From NCBI GenBank assembly GCA_963761555.1, contig CAVXHD010000002.1, positions 51,622 through 115,621 of the forward strand: DNA of 64,000 nt, read 5' to 3'. Below the pieces are notes generated by a model that saw only the letters and a program-made list of their open reading frames with translations, did not search any database and was not told where the DNA came from. Source of the stretch: an uncultured Acidobacteriota bacterium. GTDB lineage: Bacteria > Acidobacteriota > Terriglobia > Acidiferrales > UBA7541. Positions 44,953-54,177 of the stretch are shown here, in pieces (within the stretch, counting starts at the first letter, position 1; the number at the start of each line of letters is the position of its first letter). A program made the position numbers and the translations under genes.

Positions 44953-46542
44953 GTGGCCACCCAATCTCGCATGTTCGATTCCGGCCGTCCCGGCGAACTC
45001 GTCGAAACCGCTCCTCCCCGCGTCACTCTCCGCAACGCCTTCGCGCATCCTTACGATTCCGCCATCGCTGCCGCCCGCACCTGCTACGCTCCGCGCCTCA
45101 TCACTGCCGAGGAAATTACGGACAAACAGCGTCTCAACATCGGCGCCGCTACCTTCTACAGCGGCCATCACACCGTCTACCAGCACGCCCATTTCGAATT
45201 CGGCCTCGAAAACGTCAGCCGCCATTTCGTCTGGTCTTTCCTCCACGCACATCCTTTCTACAATTCCGAGCAGCAAAGCCAGCGCTACGTCCGTCTCGAT
45301 CGCGCGCAAGCCTACATCCCTCCCTCATCACTTTTCTTCAACGACGCTCATCGCGCCATCTACGAACAAGCCATCGCCCGCGCCTGGAACTCCTACCGCG
45401 AACTTTCCCAAATCCTCGTCAACGACGCCCGCTCCATTCTCAGCGACATCTGGCACATCGGCCCCATGTCTCATCCCAAGCGCCTCCAGAAAATCGAGCG
45501 CGCCGCCGAAAAGCGTGCCATTGAAATCGCGCGCTACGTTCTCCCCGTCGCCGCGTTCACCACCATGGTTCACACCGTCTCCGGCATCGTCCTTCACCGC
45601 CTCTGGCGCATGAGCGCCGCCTCCGACACCCCGAGCGAATCCCGCGCCGTCATCGGCGCCATGGTCGACGAAGTAAAAAAAATCGATCCCCAATTTTTCG
45701 ATCGCTTTGGAACGGAACCCCTCGAAGAACGCCCCGAATGGAGCGCCGACGCCCCAAACACGCAAGCCGGCGACTCCTTCGCTCACGAATTCGACGTCAA
45801 GCTCGGCGGAAAAACGTCCAAACTCCTCGACTACTCCCCCAACGCTCCCCGCGTCATTGCCGATTCCTATCGCGCCGTTGTCGGCCTAACCGAATCTCAA
45901 TGCTCCGACTCCGAAGCCATCGACCGCCTTCTCAATCCCGCCCGCAATCTCTACCGCCTCGAAACTCTCGACGTCGGCGTCCACGCCCCCATGATGCGCG
46001 CTCTCCAGCACGCCAATTACACCTTCGCCAAAAAAATCAGCCATACTGCCGACTCCCAGGACCAGCGCCATCGCATGGTCCCCGGCTCTCGCCCGCTGCT
46101 CACTCTCGCCGACACGCGCGAGCCCGACTACATCACTCCCGCCCTTCTCACGCAAAATCCCCGGGCGAAAGATCTCTACGACCGCGCCATGCAAGACGCG
46201 TGGTCCGCCAAAAACGCTCTCCTCGATCGCGGCGTCCCTCTCGAAATCGCTCTCTATCTCCTCCCCAACGCCAAGTCCATCCGCCTCGTCGAGTCCGGCT
46301 CTCTCCTCCATCTCCTCCACAAATGGACCATGCGCACTTGCTTCAACGCGCAGGAAGAAATCTACGCCGCCAGCATGGACGAAGTCGCCCAGCTCCGCCA
46401 AGTCCATCCCCAGCTCGCCAAATACATCGGCCCCCCCTGCCATCTCCGCGCCAACATCACCACCCCCATCTGCACCGAAGGCTCCCACTTCTGCGGCGTA
46501 AAAGTCTGGCTCGACTTCCCCAACATCCCCCGCCGCATCTAA
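44953..46542 (+). CDS. ThyX-family (flavin-dependent thymidylate synthase-like) protein, long ~530-aa form
   Basis: 529 aa, GTG start. ThyX-like block FYSGHHTVYQHAHFEF...VSRHFVWSFLHAHPFYNSEQQSQRYV, where SQRY is kept but the RHR position reads HAH. A second block, ADSQDQRHRMV, lies in the C-terminal half. Confidence 0.65.
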   Translation: MATQSRMFDSGRPGELVETAPPRVTLRNAFAHPYDSAIAAARTCYAPRLITAEEITDKQRLNIGAATFYSGHHTVYQHAHFEFGLENVSRHFVWSFLHAHPFYNSEQQSQRYVRLDRAQAYIPPSSLFFNDAHRAIYEQAIARAWNSYRELSQILVNDARSILSDIWHIGPMSHPKRLQKIERAAEKRAIEIARYVLPVAAFTTMVHTVSGIVLHRLWRMSAASDTPSESRAVIGAMVDEVKKIDPQFFDRFGTEPLEERPEWSADAPNTQAGDSFAHEFDVKLGGKTSKLLDYSPNAPRVIADSYRAVVGLTESQCSDSEAIDRLLNPARNLYRLETLDVGVHAPMMRALQHANYTFAKKISHTADSQDQRHRMVPGSRPLLTLADTREPDYITPALLTQNPRAKDLYDRAMQDAWSAKNALLDRGVPLEIALYLLPNAKSIRLVESGSLLHLLHKWTMRTCFNAQEEIYAASMDEVAQLRQVHPQLAKYIGPPCHLRANITTPICTEGSHFCGVKVWLDFPNIPRRI

Positions 46543-46572
46543 TTTTTTTGCGCAGCGATGGCTGTTTCTTGT

Positions 46573-46596
46573 AGGGGCACAGCATGTTGTGCCCCT
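46573..46596. repeat. REP-like palindrome AGGGGCAC-N8-GTGCCCCT
   Basis: AGGGGCACAGCATGTTGTGCCCCT sits 30 nt after the thyX-like stop. It is the same family as the perfect 24-nt palindrome at 57025-57048. Confidence 0.7.
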
Positions 46597-46685
46597 CCTC
46601 GAAAAGACTTACGCAGACCACGACTATCCGGTTTGTCCGGCGCAATTGAGACAACGGTCGCGTTTACGTTATCGTGGAGGTTGCA

Positions 46686-47597
46686 ATGACTTCCCCACAA
46701 AACAACGCGGTACCCTGGCTGCATCGCGCGCTTTATGCGACGAATTCTCCAGAGAAAATTACGCAAGAACCCTTTGAAGGCAATGACAGACATCTACGTC
46801 GACTGATCCGGCTGAAACCCGGCGATCGCGCCGAATCAGAAGATTTGTGGAATTATGCGAAAGATCTGCTTTATACAAACATCCAAACTTCTTTGCTCGT
46901 TTATCTACTACCCTTCTGCCTGGAAGCGTGGCGCGATGATCTAAGAGGAAATTACGGTTACGGTGGCTTCGTCGAATATCTCTACCCTGCCCTCGCCAAT
47001 CGCAAAATATTCGACGAACACCTCAATCCAAAACAGGCTGCAGTAGTTTCAGACTACATGCAGCAAACCATTCTTGAAGAGATCGACGATCAGCGCGGCC
47101 TCGCCTATCAAGGCTCGAACGCAAAACCCTACCGTTGGATTCGGGCGCTCACAACGTACGGAGTCCTGCGACCGGACATCGGTTCGCTTTGGACGGCATG
47201 GTGGTCTCTCAAGTCCGTCGGCCGTGCTGTCGCCGGAGTGCAGTACATTTCGTGTCTAATGTACCCAGAAAATGAAAATCCGGTCTTCGCTCCTTGGACT
47301 CCGGAATCCGGAGGCGGTCCTCCTTGCCTTTGGGACTTCGAAGGACATTTGTACGAGCATCGTTGGCAAGCACCAAATGTCAAATTCCTGAGGGAGGTTC
47401 TGAACAGAACCAAAGTCAGCGATGTGCTCGACCAGTCTGTAGATCGGCTAGCCGGCCAACCAGAGCATGAGGTCGCAACGCAGATACAAGCTGACTTCCC
47501 GCTCCTCACCGAGATATTGGAAGCACGCTGTGTTGAACTCCCGCGGCTCCTTGAAACTATCGACTCGCCGGGCCGGCCACTTCAGTGGTCAACATAA
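46686..47597 (+). CDS. hypothetical protein (orphan)
   Basis: ORF trimmed to the ATG at 46686, preceded by GGAGG at 46677-46681. 303 aa. No motif recognised. The local sequence looks less GC-rich than its surroundings. Confidence 0.5.
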   Translation: MTSPQNNAVPWLHRALYATNSPEKITQEPFEGNDRHLRRLIRLKPGDRAESEDLWNYAKDLLYTNIQTSLLVYLLPFCLEAWRDDLRGNYGYGGFVEYLYPALANRKIFDEHLNPKQAAVVSDYMQQTILEEIDDQRGLAYQGSNAKPYRWIRALTTYGVLRPDIGSLWTAWWSLKSVGRAVAGVQYISCLMYPENENPVFAPWTPESGGGPPCLWDFEGHLYEHRWQAPNVKFLREVLNRTKVSDVLDQSVDRLAGQPEHEVATQIQADFPLLTEILEARCVELPRLLETIDSPGRPLQWST

Positions 47598-47642
47598 TCT
47601 CGAAAAAGTGGTCGGTCACGCTGCATCGCTTGTTTGTCAAAA

Positions 47643-47855
47643 TTACAAATCTTCAGGCATCAATCCAGTGCGCTTCGCGATCCGCGCCAGCATCTTCGGC
47701 CCAATTTCAACTCCGTCGTGAAACGCCCACACGTAATCGCCTCGCTCTGGATGCGTCAGAATGGCGTGAGAACCTCGTTGCGATTTTACGGAATATCCTA
47801 TGCGGAGAAGCGCTCGAAATACCTTTGCCGCTTTGCTACTCGGGCACCGGCCCAT
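47643..47855 (-). CDS. hicA: HicA-family mRNA interferase toxin
   Basis: 70 aa. KVFRALLRIGYSVKSQRGSHAILTHP...IAKRTGLMPEDL (the GSH motif of HicA). Confidence 0.8.
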   Translation of the reverse strand: MGRCPSSKAAKVFRALLRIGYSVKSQRGSHAILTHPERGDYVWAFHDGVEIGPKMLARIAKRTGLMPEDL

Positions 47856-47857
47856 TG

Positions 47858-48073
47858 TCAGGCAGCTTCAATAGAGACGGTTACTGTTTCTGTGGGTTCT
47901 TTCTGCGCTTCGATGCGATCGGCAAGCACGCGAAGCGCGAGAGCTTGTGCAGACGCAACAGCTTCTTTTTCAGTTGCCCCATAAGCCATTACCCCGGGCA
48001 AATCCACAACCTCGGCAATCCACCGTCCGTCGTCCTCAATTTCCGTTTCCACTTTGTACACGATATGTGACAT
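47858..48073 (-). CDS. hicB: HicB-family antitoxin
   Basis: 71 aa. VETEIEDDGRWIAEVVDLPGVMAYGATEKEAVASAQALA matches the HicB N-terminal fold pattern. It lies 2 nt upstream of hicA. Confidence 0.75.
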   Translation of the reverse strand: MSHIVYKVETEIEDDGRWIAEVVDLPGVMAYGATEKEAVASAQALALRVLADRIEAQKEPTETVTVSIEAA

Positions 48074-48082
48074 AACCCAATT

Positions 48083-48295
48083 CTAGCACGCTGCTCCTTT
48101 TCGAATGCGCCCGCCTCCCCGATTCGTAACTGGAAAGGCCTCCCGATACAGCTCCGGAAAAGTCTTTTGCATAAAACGTCCATCTTCCCGGGAAGCTGAC
48201 GCAAGTTCGCGAATCTTAGCAATTCGCTCTCTTCGATTCAGCGCGCGGAACCGTTGATCAATCGCCGCTACGAGCTGCTTTTGTGACATAGCCAA
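48083..48295 (-). CDS. small hypothetical protein
   Basis: 70-aa ORF directly upstream of hicB on the same strand. Basic and helical. No motif recognised. Confidence 0.3.
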   Translation of the reverse strand: MAMSQKQLVAAIDQRFRALNRRERIAKIRELASASREDGRFMQKTFPELYREAFPVTNRGGGRIRKGAAC

Positions 48296-48313
48296 ATTTT
48301 ACCCCGTCTGCGG

Positions 48314-51211
48314 CTACTGCACCCTCCCCAAATACTTATCCAGCCACCCCAGCACCGCGCTCACCAGCTCCGTCTTCTGCCCCGTCACGTCGTGCGGCGT
48401 ATCCAGCACCACTCGCTTCTTGTCCGCCTCCGGCGTGCCCAGCATTCGAAACAGCGGAATCTGCGCTCTCTCTGGCGAAAACGAAAAATCGTATTTTCCA
48501 TTCACCATCAAGACCGGCGCCTTCAGCCTCGGCGCGAAGTCCACTTGATCCCGCCCGGGAGCCGGCGGATTCATAAAAAATCCTCCATCCAACAAAACCA
48601 CCACCTTCAACCGGTCTCCAGCCAGCGCCGCGTAAATCACTCCTTCCGCCGATCCCATGCTGACTCCCATATACCCCAGCTTGCTGCCATCAATATCCTT
48701 CCGCGTCTCCAGATAATCTAGCGATCTACCCACATCCTGGTAACGTTGGATCACAATCTCTCTTCCTTCCGATTCTCCCGGCAGAGAATGCTTCATGCGC
48801 CGTTCATACGTGTCCTGGTACACGGGGTAGAGCACCGCTCTCCCGCTTTTCACTACGTAATCGAAAAAGTTCAAATCTCCCAGCGTCCTGCTGTCCGCGA
48901 TGCTCAGCACTCTCGCGCTCGGGAAAAACAGAATGGTCTGGTATGGCGGCTTCACATTTTTCGGCAAGAAGAGATACGCTGCCATTCGCTCGTTTCCGTA
49001 CGCCGCGTCGTAAGTTATTTTCTCCTGCGTCCAGTCGCTCGTGTCCTGCACCACCCCTTCCACTTTCGCGTTCAAAGGCGTTTTTTCGTAGTCGTACATC
49101 GTCCGGTAGGCGCGAAATACCGCATCCGACACCGGCTTCGCCTTCGAAAAATCCCGCGCCATGACCTTTACCGGACCCGCAGCCGCCGCCGGCAGCGGCT
49201 CGACATTCCGCACGCACCGGAATCCATTCATTTCCGAACGATCGAATGGCGAGAGCGCCTCCGGATCCGTATACAAATACGTTTGCGATTTCCACCCGCC
49301 TCCCAGGATGAACCGCAGATTGTCTCCAACGGTGTTCTCCGCCCACTCCTTCACATTTCCCGCCATATCGTACGTCCCATACGGTCCCACTCCCTGGAAC
49401 GCTCCCACGCGCGCAAGGCTCGCATGGCCGCCTATGTTGCTCTCCTGCACCGTATACCTTGCCATTTCCGCGGGCGCCGCCTTTGACCGTTGCGCCAGCA
49501 CCGGCAAGCTTTCCCCCCGAAACGCCGCATAAGCCGCCGCCTCGTACCAACTCACTCCCCCCACCGGATAATCCCCTTGCCCATCCGGATAATGCCCGCC
49601 TTCCCAAGTCGACGGCCCCGCCCGCCCCGTGCCGTCCCGAAACAGATTCATCGCTTCATCTCGGCTCAGTTCATGGCCATCCTTGATGAACTTTTCTTTC
49701 CAATACTCCTGCTTCTCATATCCTCCGCCATCCACGAACTCTTGATACTCCCGGTTCGTCACTTCGAATCGATCCATATAAAACGCTGGCAGCTTGTACG
49801 GTCCGATCCATCCCACAAAATCGACGAAATCCTCGAACGTCTGCCCGCCCACCCAAACCATTCCCTCCGGCGCCTTCTCCGCCAGGTCCAGCGGAAACGT
49901 CATCTCGCCCTCCGTCAAAGGCGCCGTCACATAATCCTTGAGCCCCTTCTTCGACACCTTCCAGCGGAAATATCCATCTGGGATCCGTTTGCTCTCCAGC
50001 GGCGTCGTGCCCAGGTCGTACCACGCGCTGTCCGGCGCCAAATAATCCTGTATCTCCACCTTCGCACCGCTTGGCGACGACTTCACCGTTACCTTCACCG
50101 TCGTCTCTTCCTCCGCCTTCTTCAGCCCCGCATCTCCCGGCAAGTTTTTCTCGGCTCGTTCCAGCAATTCGTACGCCGCCAAACTTTTGTCCTCATCTCT
50201 CAGCTTCGCCGCCTCCGCTGGCGCTTCATCCTTCGCCCACTGCCGTTTCTTCATCCCTTCGTACATCCACGCCCCGCCCGCCGCCATCCCGGCAATCACC
50301 ACCAGCGCCCCCACGAGATACATCCTCGCCGGTCTCGTTCCCATCCTCTCGATTCCCAGCTCCGTCGAACTCAGCTTCAGCAGCAGGCTTTCCAAGTCTC
50401 GCGACATCTCCTCCGCGCTCTGGTAGCGCCTCGTAACGTCCTTCTCCAGCGCCCGGTTTACGATCTTCTCCGCCTCCTCCGGCGTCTCCGCTCGAATCTC
50501 CTTCAGCGGCTTCGGCGTCTCCTCCGTAATCGCGCGAAACAGCTTCAGCGCGCTCGTTCCCTCAAAAGGAGCCCTTCCCGCCTGCATCTCGTAGAGCACC
50601 GCTCCCAAACTCCATAAATCCGTCCGCCCATCCAGCGCCTTTCCCTCTGCCTGCTCCGGCGACATATACAACAGTGTTCCCACCACTCCCTTCGTCTCGG
50701 CCATCGATACCGTCGCTTCCGCCTCTCCCGCGGGCGCCAGCAACTTCGCCAATCCGAAGTCCAGCACCTTCGCGTGCCCCCTCGGCGTCACCATGATGTT
50801 TCCCGGTTTCAAATCCCGGTGCACCACTCCGCGTTCGTGCGCTTCCACCAATGCCGACGCAATCTGTGCTCCTAGTGCCGCCGCTTCCTTCACGCCCAAT
50901 GGCCCGGCTTTCAGTTTCTCTGCCAACGTCGCGCCCGCAACGCACTCCATCACAATGTAATCCGCGCCGTCCTGTTCCCCGACGTCGTACACCGCCGCTA
51001 TGTTTGGATGGCTCAGCTTGGCCAGCGCCCGCGCTTCGCTGCGGAATCGCTTTCGCGCCTGCTCGTCCATCAGCAATCCTGGGGGAAGAACCTTGATAGC
51101 CACGTCGCGGTCGAGCCTCTCGTCCCGCGCTCGATACACCACACCCATTCCGCCCGCGCCGAGGCGCGCCACGATTTCATAAGGTCCCAGTTTTGATCCT
51201 GAATCCAGCAT
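48314..51211 (-). CDS. Ser/Thr protein kinase - TM - PEGA - FGE/SUMF1-like - alpha/beta-hydrolase fusion protein
   Basis: ORF trimmed to MLDSGSKLGPYEI (ATG at 51211). Kinase motifs GAGGMGVVYRA, AIKVL, HRDLKPGNIM, DFGLAK. TM LVGALVVIAGMAAGGAWMY. PEGA-like VKSSPSGAKVEIQD. FGE-like FYMDRFEVTNREYQEFV, GGVSWYEAAAYA, YDMAGNVKEW. Hydrolase nucleophile elbow GVSMG. Confidence 0.85.
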   Translation of the reverse strand: MLDSGSKLGPYEIVARLGAGGMGVVYRARDERLDRDVAIKVLPPGLLMDEQARKRFRSEARALAKLSHPNIAAVYDVGEQDGADYIVMECVAGATLAEKLKAGPLGVKEAAALGAQIASALVEAHERGVVHRDLKPGNIMVTPRGHAKVLDFGLAKLLAPAGEAEATVSMAETKGVVGTLLYMSPEQAEGKALDGRTDLWSLGAVLYEMQAGRAPFEGTSALKLFRAITEETPKPLKEIRAETPEEAEKIVNRALEKDVTRRYQSAEEMSRDLESLLLKLSSTELGIERMGTRPARMYLVGALVVIAGMAAGGAWMYEGMKKRQWAKDEAPAEAAKLRDEDKSLAAYELLERAEKNLPGDAGLKKAEEETTVKVTVKSSPSGAKVEIQDYLAPDSAWYDLGTTPLESKRIPDGYFRWKVSKKGLKDYVTAPLTEGEMTFPLDLAEKAPEGMVWVGGQTFEDFVDFVGWIGPYKLPAFYMDRFEVTNREYQEFVDGGGYEKQEYWKEKFIKDGHELSRDEAMNLFRDGTGRAGPSTWEGGHYPDGQGDYPVGGVSWYEAAAYAAFRGESLPVLAQRSKAAPAEMARYTVQESNIGGHASLARVGAFQGVGPYGTYDMAGNVKEWAENTVGDNLRFILGGGWKSQTYLYTDPEALSPFDRSEMNGFRCVRNVEPLPAAAAGPVKVMARDFSKAKPVSDAVFRAYRTMYDYEKTPLNAKVEGVVQDTSDWTQEKITYDAAYGNERMAAYLFLPKNVKPPYQTILFFPSARVLSIADSRTLGDLNFFDYVVKSGRAVLYPVYQDTYERRMKHSLPGESEGREIVIQRYQDVGRSLDYLETRKDIDGSKLGYMGVSMGSAEGVIYAALAGDRLKVVVLLDGGFFMNPPAPGRDQVDFAPRLKAPVLMVNGKYDFSFSPERAQIPLFRMLGTPEADKKRVVLDTPHDVTGQKTELVSAVLGWLDKYLGRVQ

Positions 51212-51308
51212 GGCCCCTTTTCGTGGCCAGATTATAAGCCACTGCGAGGCGGCTGGCGGCAATCTGTCGCAGACTCAGTTCAATTTGCTGCAACAGAGCT
51301 TCCTTGTT

Positions 51309-51551
51309 CTAAATCTGCTCATTCCCATCGCTGACTAAATGGGAGGGTCCCAAATCTTCAGGACACAAGCCAGTTCGCTCCGCGACCCGCGACGGGGTTC
51401 CGGAATAGCCCGCGAACCTCCCATCTTTCCCACACGACGTGGGACCCCAGAGGCCGTTGCATCGTATTCGCTGCAACGTCTGAAACCTCGGCCCGATCCC
51501 TCTACGTCTAACGATCAGGAATCTCGCATCATGCGCTTCTTCGCAACCCAA
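51309..51551 (-). pseudogene. possible hicA-like remnant
   Basis: The ORF tail SRVAERTGLCPEDL matches ARIAKRTGLMPEDL of hicA at 47643-47855. At DNA level, 33/41 positions match by hand alignment (51351-51391 versus 47646-47686). The upstream part is not HicA-like, there is no hicB, and the ORF overlaps the divergent start at 51531. Confidence 0.25.
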
Positions 51552-52193
51552 TCCTGCGCCTTGGCCCTATCTCTGCTGCTTATCCCTCCCGCCTTCGCCT
51601 TCCAAACTCCCCTCTCCGACGAAGCCGTCCGCGACGCCTATTTTCTCGGCCAGCGTCACGAAGAAGACTTTGTAGATTTAATGGCCAAGTACACCAAGAC
51701 GCTTCCGGCTCCCGAATCCGGCCCCGACATCTCTTCGATCACCTTCTTCACGCCTTTCGCCCTCGTCGCCCAGTCATCCAGCCAGCGCACCATGAACTAC
51801 AGCGCACAACAAGCCGAGCAAGACCATCGCAACCAACATGAGATCGTCCGCGTCATCATTCAAATCCAGCTCACCCCAACCTACGGTGCCCTCATTCCCA
51901 CTCCCACCGGCTCCAATTCTGACTCTCCTACAGGCTTCGTCCAGCGCCCCTCCGATTTTTGGAAAGACTTCCAAGTCGCGGTCCTCGTTAAGGACAAAAG
52001 CCTTCCGCCCCTCAGTTCTTCCGGAGAGCCCATCCTCAATTGTCAAAGCGACGCCGGCTGTGAGCTCTATGGAGCCACTCTCCAATTCGACTACCCCGCC
52101 GATGCCTTCACTTCTGACTCCGCCACCATCCAAATTTTCCCACCCGAGGGTGCCCCCGTCTCCGTCGACTTCGATCTCGACACCCTCCGCTGA
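51531..52193 (+). CDS. hypothetical secreted protein
   Basis: ORF trimmed to MRFFATQSCALALSLLLIPPAFAFQ (signal peptide). 220 aa. No motif recognised. Confidence 0.5.
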   Translation: MRFFATQSCALALSLLLIPPAFAFQTPLSDEAVRDAYFLGQRHEEDFVDLMAKYTKTLPAPESGPDISSITFFTPFALVAQSSSQRTMNYSAQQAEQDHRNQHEIVRVIIQIQLTPTYGALIPTPTGSNSDSPTGFVQRPSDFWKDFQVAVLVKDKSLPPLSSSGEPILNCQSDAGCELYGATLQFDYPADAFTSDSATIQIFPPEGAPVSVDFDLDTLR

Positions 52194-52801
52194 ATCAGGT
52201 CTCGAAATACTTTCCAAACTTGCCACTATAAGGTCCCGTCTTCTCAACCACTTCCGCGTCAATTCGAATGGTAACTAGATTTTTACTTAACATCCGCTGT
52301 ATCTTTCTGCTAAAGTCTCGCATGTTCGCCGTAAGACCACGCCTCACGCGCCTCCCTCTACTCTGTGCGCTCTGTGTTAAGAAAAACCTTTCGCAGCGCC
52401 TGACCACGAAACTCGGCCGGATGCAGCCCCCAACCCTGCATCGCCCAAACGTGTTGCTCTCTGCGAGCAAAACCGCGCAAAAATAAACCTCGTCTCCTCA
52501 TTATCTTGCGCACTCCTAGAGCAAGCGTTTTCCCGCAACTACATCAATTTCAATCGTTTGCGCACTGCACAGCAAAAACAGGGGGTGGTGTGCCCGCATC
52601 ACTTCCGATCGCCCACTCGCTTCCCATCTTTTCCACAACGAGTAACGATCGGGCGCACACAAACGCCCGCAACTCTGTCTCTTTCATGGGTTTACTCACG
52701 ATTCCCTGGATACCCACGGGGGGTGGGCCCTGCAACAACTCGCCTTCTTGTTCTTTCTCGATTTTCGCGTTTCGATTTTCGGTTTTCGATCTTCGACGTT
52801 C

Positions 52802-54013
52802 TCACGACCGCCAATGCAGTGTCACCGGACCGTTCATCGGATGCACCATTGCCGCGCCCGTCCGCCGCGACTCAATCAAATTCGCCTTCAATCCGAAATA
52901 CCACTTCGCCGGCCGGTCCGCGTCGTCGATCAGCATCAGCCGCGGATTGTGTTTCAATCCTTCCGCCTGTAGGATCATCGTCTCCTGGTCCTGCCGCAAA
53001 AATTTCTTCGCAAAGATCCGAAATAGCGAAACCGGCAGCAACAAATTCCAAGCCGCCACGAAATCAATCCGGCAAAGGTCTCGCCGCACCGGCGTCACCG
53101 TCGCCCGGCTCGAAAACCACAGTTTCCCGCTGCGAATTTCTTCCGTCCGGATATTCGGCAGCACGAAATCGATGGTCGTCGTCACCGGCTCGCCTGTATA
53201 TTTCTGCAGCATCCGGTACGGCGCGCTGTTCGAGCTCGGCGTGTGCGGACTCATCCGGAATCCATTCGGAATCGGCTCGAACTTTTTTCCCTTTTCGTGA
53301 ATGCTATGCCGGCTCCGCCAGTACCACGATTGATGCACAAACGGCCCGTGCGCCGGGTCCATCAATCCAATGATTCCCTGGTCCACATGCGAAGGTAGCT
53401 CGCAAGCCAAATGCGTAATCCGAAATTTCTCGCTGAACGTCGCCAATATCGGAGCCCCGGGAGTTCCGCTCGCCGATTCAGCGCCGCTCTTCTCTGCGAG
53501 TCTCTGAGCACTCTGCGCCTCTGCGTTATCTTTTTCTTCTCCTCGACTCTCACCGCCACGCGTCGGCGCTGCAGCGATCCGCGCTCCCGAATTCATGTAC
53601 ACCCAAAAATATCCGTCGCGCTCTTTGCACGGATAATGTCCCGCAAAAATCCGCTCCACTTTTAATTTGTCCTGGCTCGTCAGCGAGGGAATCTCCACGC
53701 ACTGTCCGCTGCACGCCTCGAATCGCCAGCCGTGATAGCTGCACTCCACTGTCTTTCCGTCGAATCTCCCGTAAGAAAGCGGTATGCCGCGGTGCGGGCA
53801 AGAATCCCGAATTGCAAACGCTCTTCCATCGCTCGTGCGTCCCAAGACCAACGGCACTTCGAGCAGCATCGCTGTCGCCAGCTTCTTGCCCGTGACTTCC
53901 GTGCTCCGGAGCGCCGGATACCAGAAATCCCAAAGAAATCCCGCGTCGCTTTCCGGCGCCGTTTCCCTCTCTTGGGAAGTAGCTCGCAAAATCGGTCGTA
54001 CCGCTTCGCTCAT
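52802..54013 (-). CDS. Rieske [2Fe-2S] non-haem iron oxygenase (PaO/ring-hydroxylating-like)
   Basis: ORF trimmed to MSEAVRPIL (ATG at 54013). Rieske motif CPHRGIPL...CSYHGWRF. Catalytic-domain block DPAHGPFVH. Contains a repeat-derived low-complexity insert at 53450-53587. Confidence 0.8.
   Translation of the reverse strand: MSEAVRPILRATSQERETAPESDAGFLWDFWYPALRSTEVTGKKLATAMLLEVPLVLGRTSDGRAFAIRDSCPHRGIPLSYGRFDGKTVECSYHGWRFEACSGQCVEIPSLTSQDKLKVERIFAGHYPCKERDGYFWVYMNSGARIAAAPTRGGESRGEEKDNAEAQSAQRLAEKSGAESASGTPGAPILATFSEKFRITHLACELPSHVDQGIIGLMDPAHGPFVHQSWYWRSRHSIHEKGKKFEPIPNGFRMSPHTPSSNSAPYRMLQKYTGEPVTTTIDFVLPNIRTEEIRSGKLWFSSRATVTPVRRDLCRIDFVAAWNLLLPVSLFRIFAKKFLRQDQETMILQAEGLKHNPRLMLIDDADRPAKWYFGLKANLIESRRTGAAMVHPMNGPVTLHWRS
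53490..53535. repeat. dispersed short repeat copy inside the Rieske CDS
   Basis: ttctctgcgagtctctgagcactctgcgcctctgcgttatcttttt is 37/46 identical to the intergenic copy at 44790-44835. Confidence 0.55.
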
Positions 54014-54177
54014 CGCCTCTTCCGTTCTGTCTATCGCGCAGCCCAAAATCTCTGGTGGACCGCCCCTCGCCGCCTCGCAGTATATCTCGCAACTATGCTG
54101 CTATCGCGCGATTCTGGCTTGCGGCCATTCATGCGCGCTAACGCAACGCAAGTTGCATCTGCAGTCCACGATCTGCG

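Noticed and set aside
44544-46574. 326-aa and 278-aa plus-strand ORFs (Arg/Pro/Ser-rich)
   Set aside because: They are alternative frames over the vapB upstream region and the thyX-like gene, with low-complexity composition.
48746-50617. Several 245-375-aa ORFs on both strands
   Set aside because: All overlap the 965-aa kinase fusion gene, whose motifs are unambiguous. They are shadow ORFs.
52195-52470. 91-aa minus-strand ORF after the secreted-protein gene
   Set aside because: Its N-terminal half is a translation of a dispersed repeat copy (52351-52388). No motif or RBS supports it.
52550-52738. 62-aa ORF whose segment GIQGIVSKPMKETELRAFV resembles the end of a response-regulator receiver domain
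   Set aside because: Only about 20 residues are similar. No upstream receiver sequence exists, because repeat module M2 and the Rieske stop lie there. At best it is a gene remnant, and the evidence is not sufficient to annotate it.
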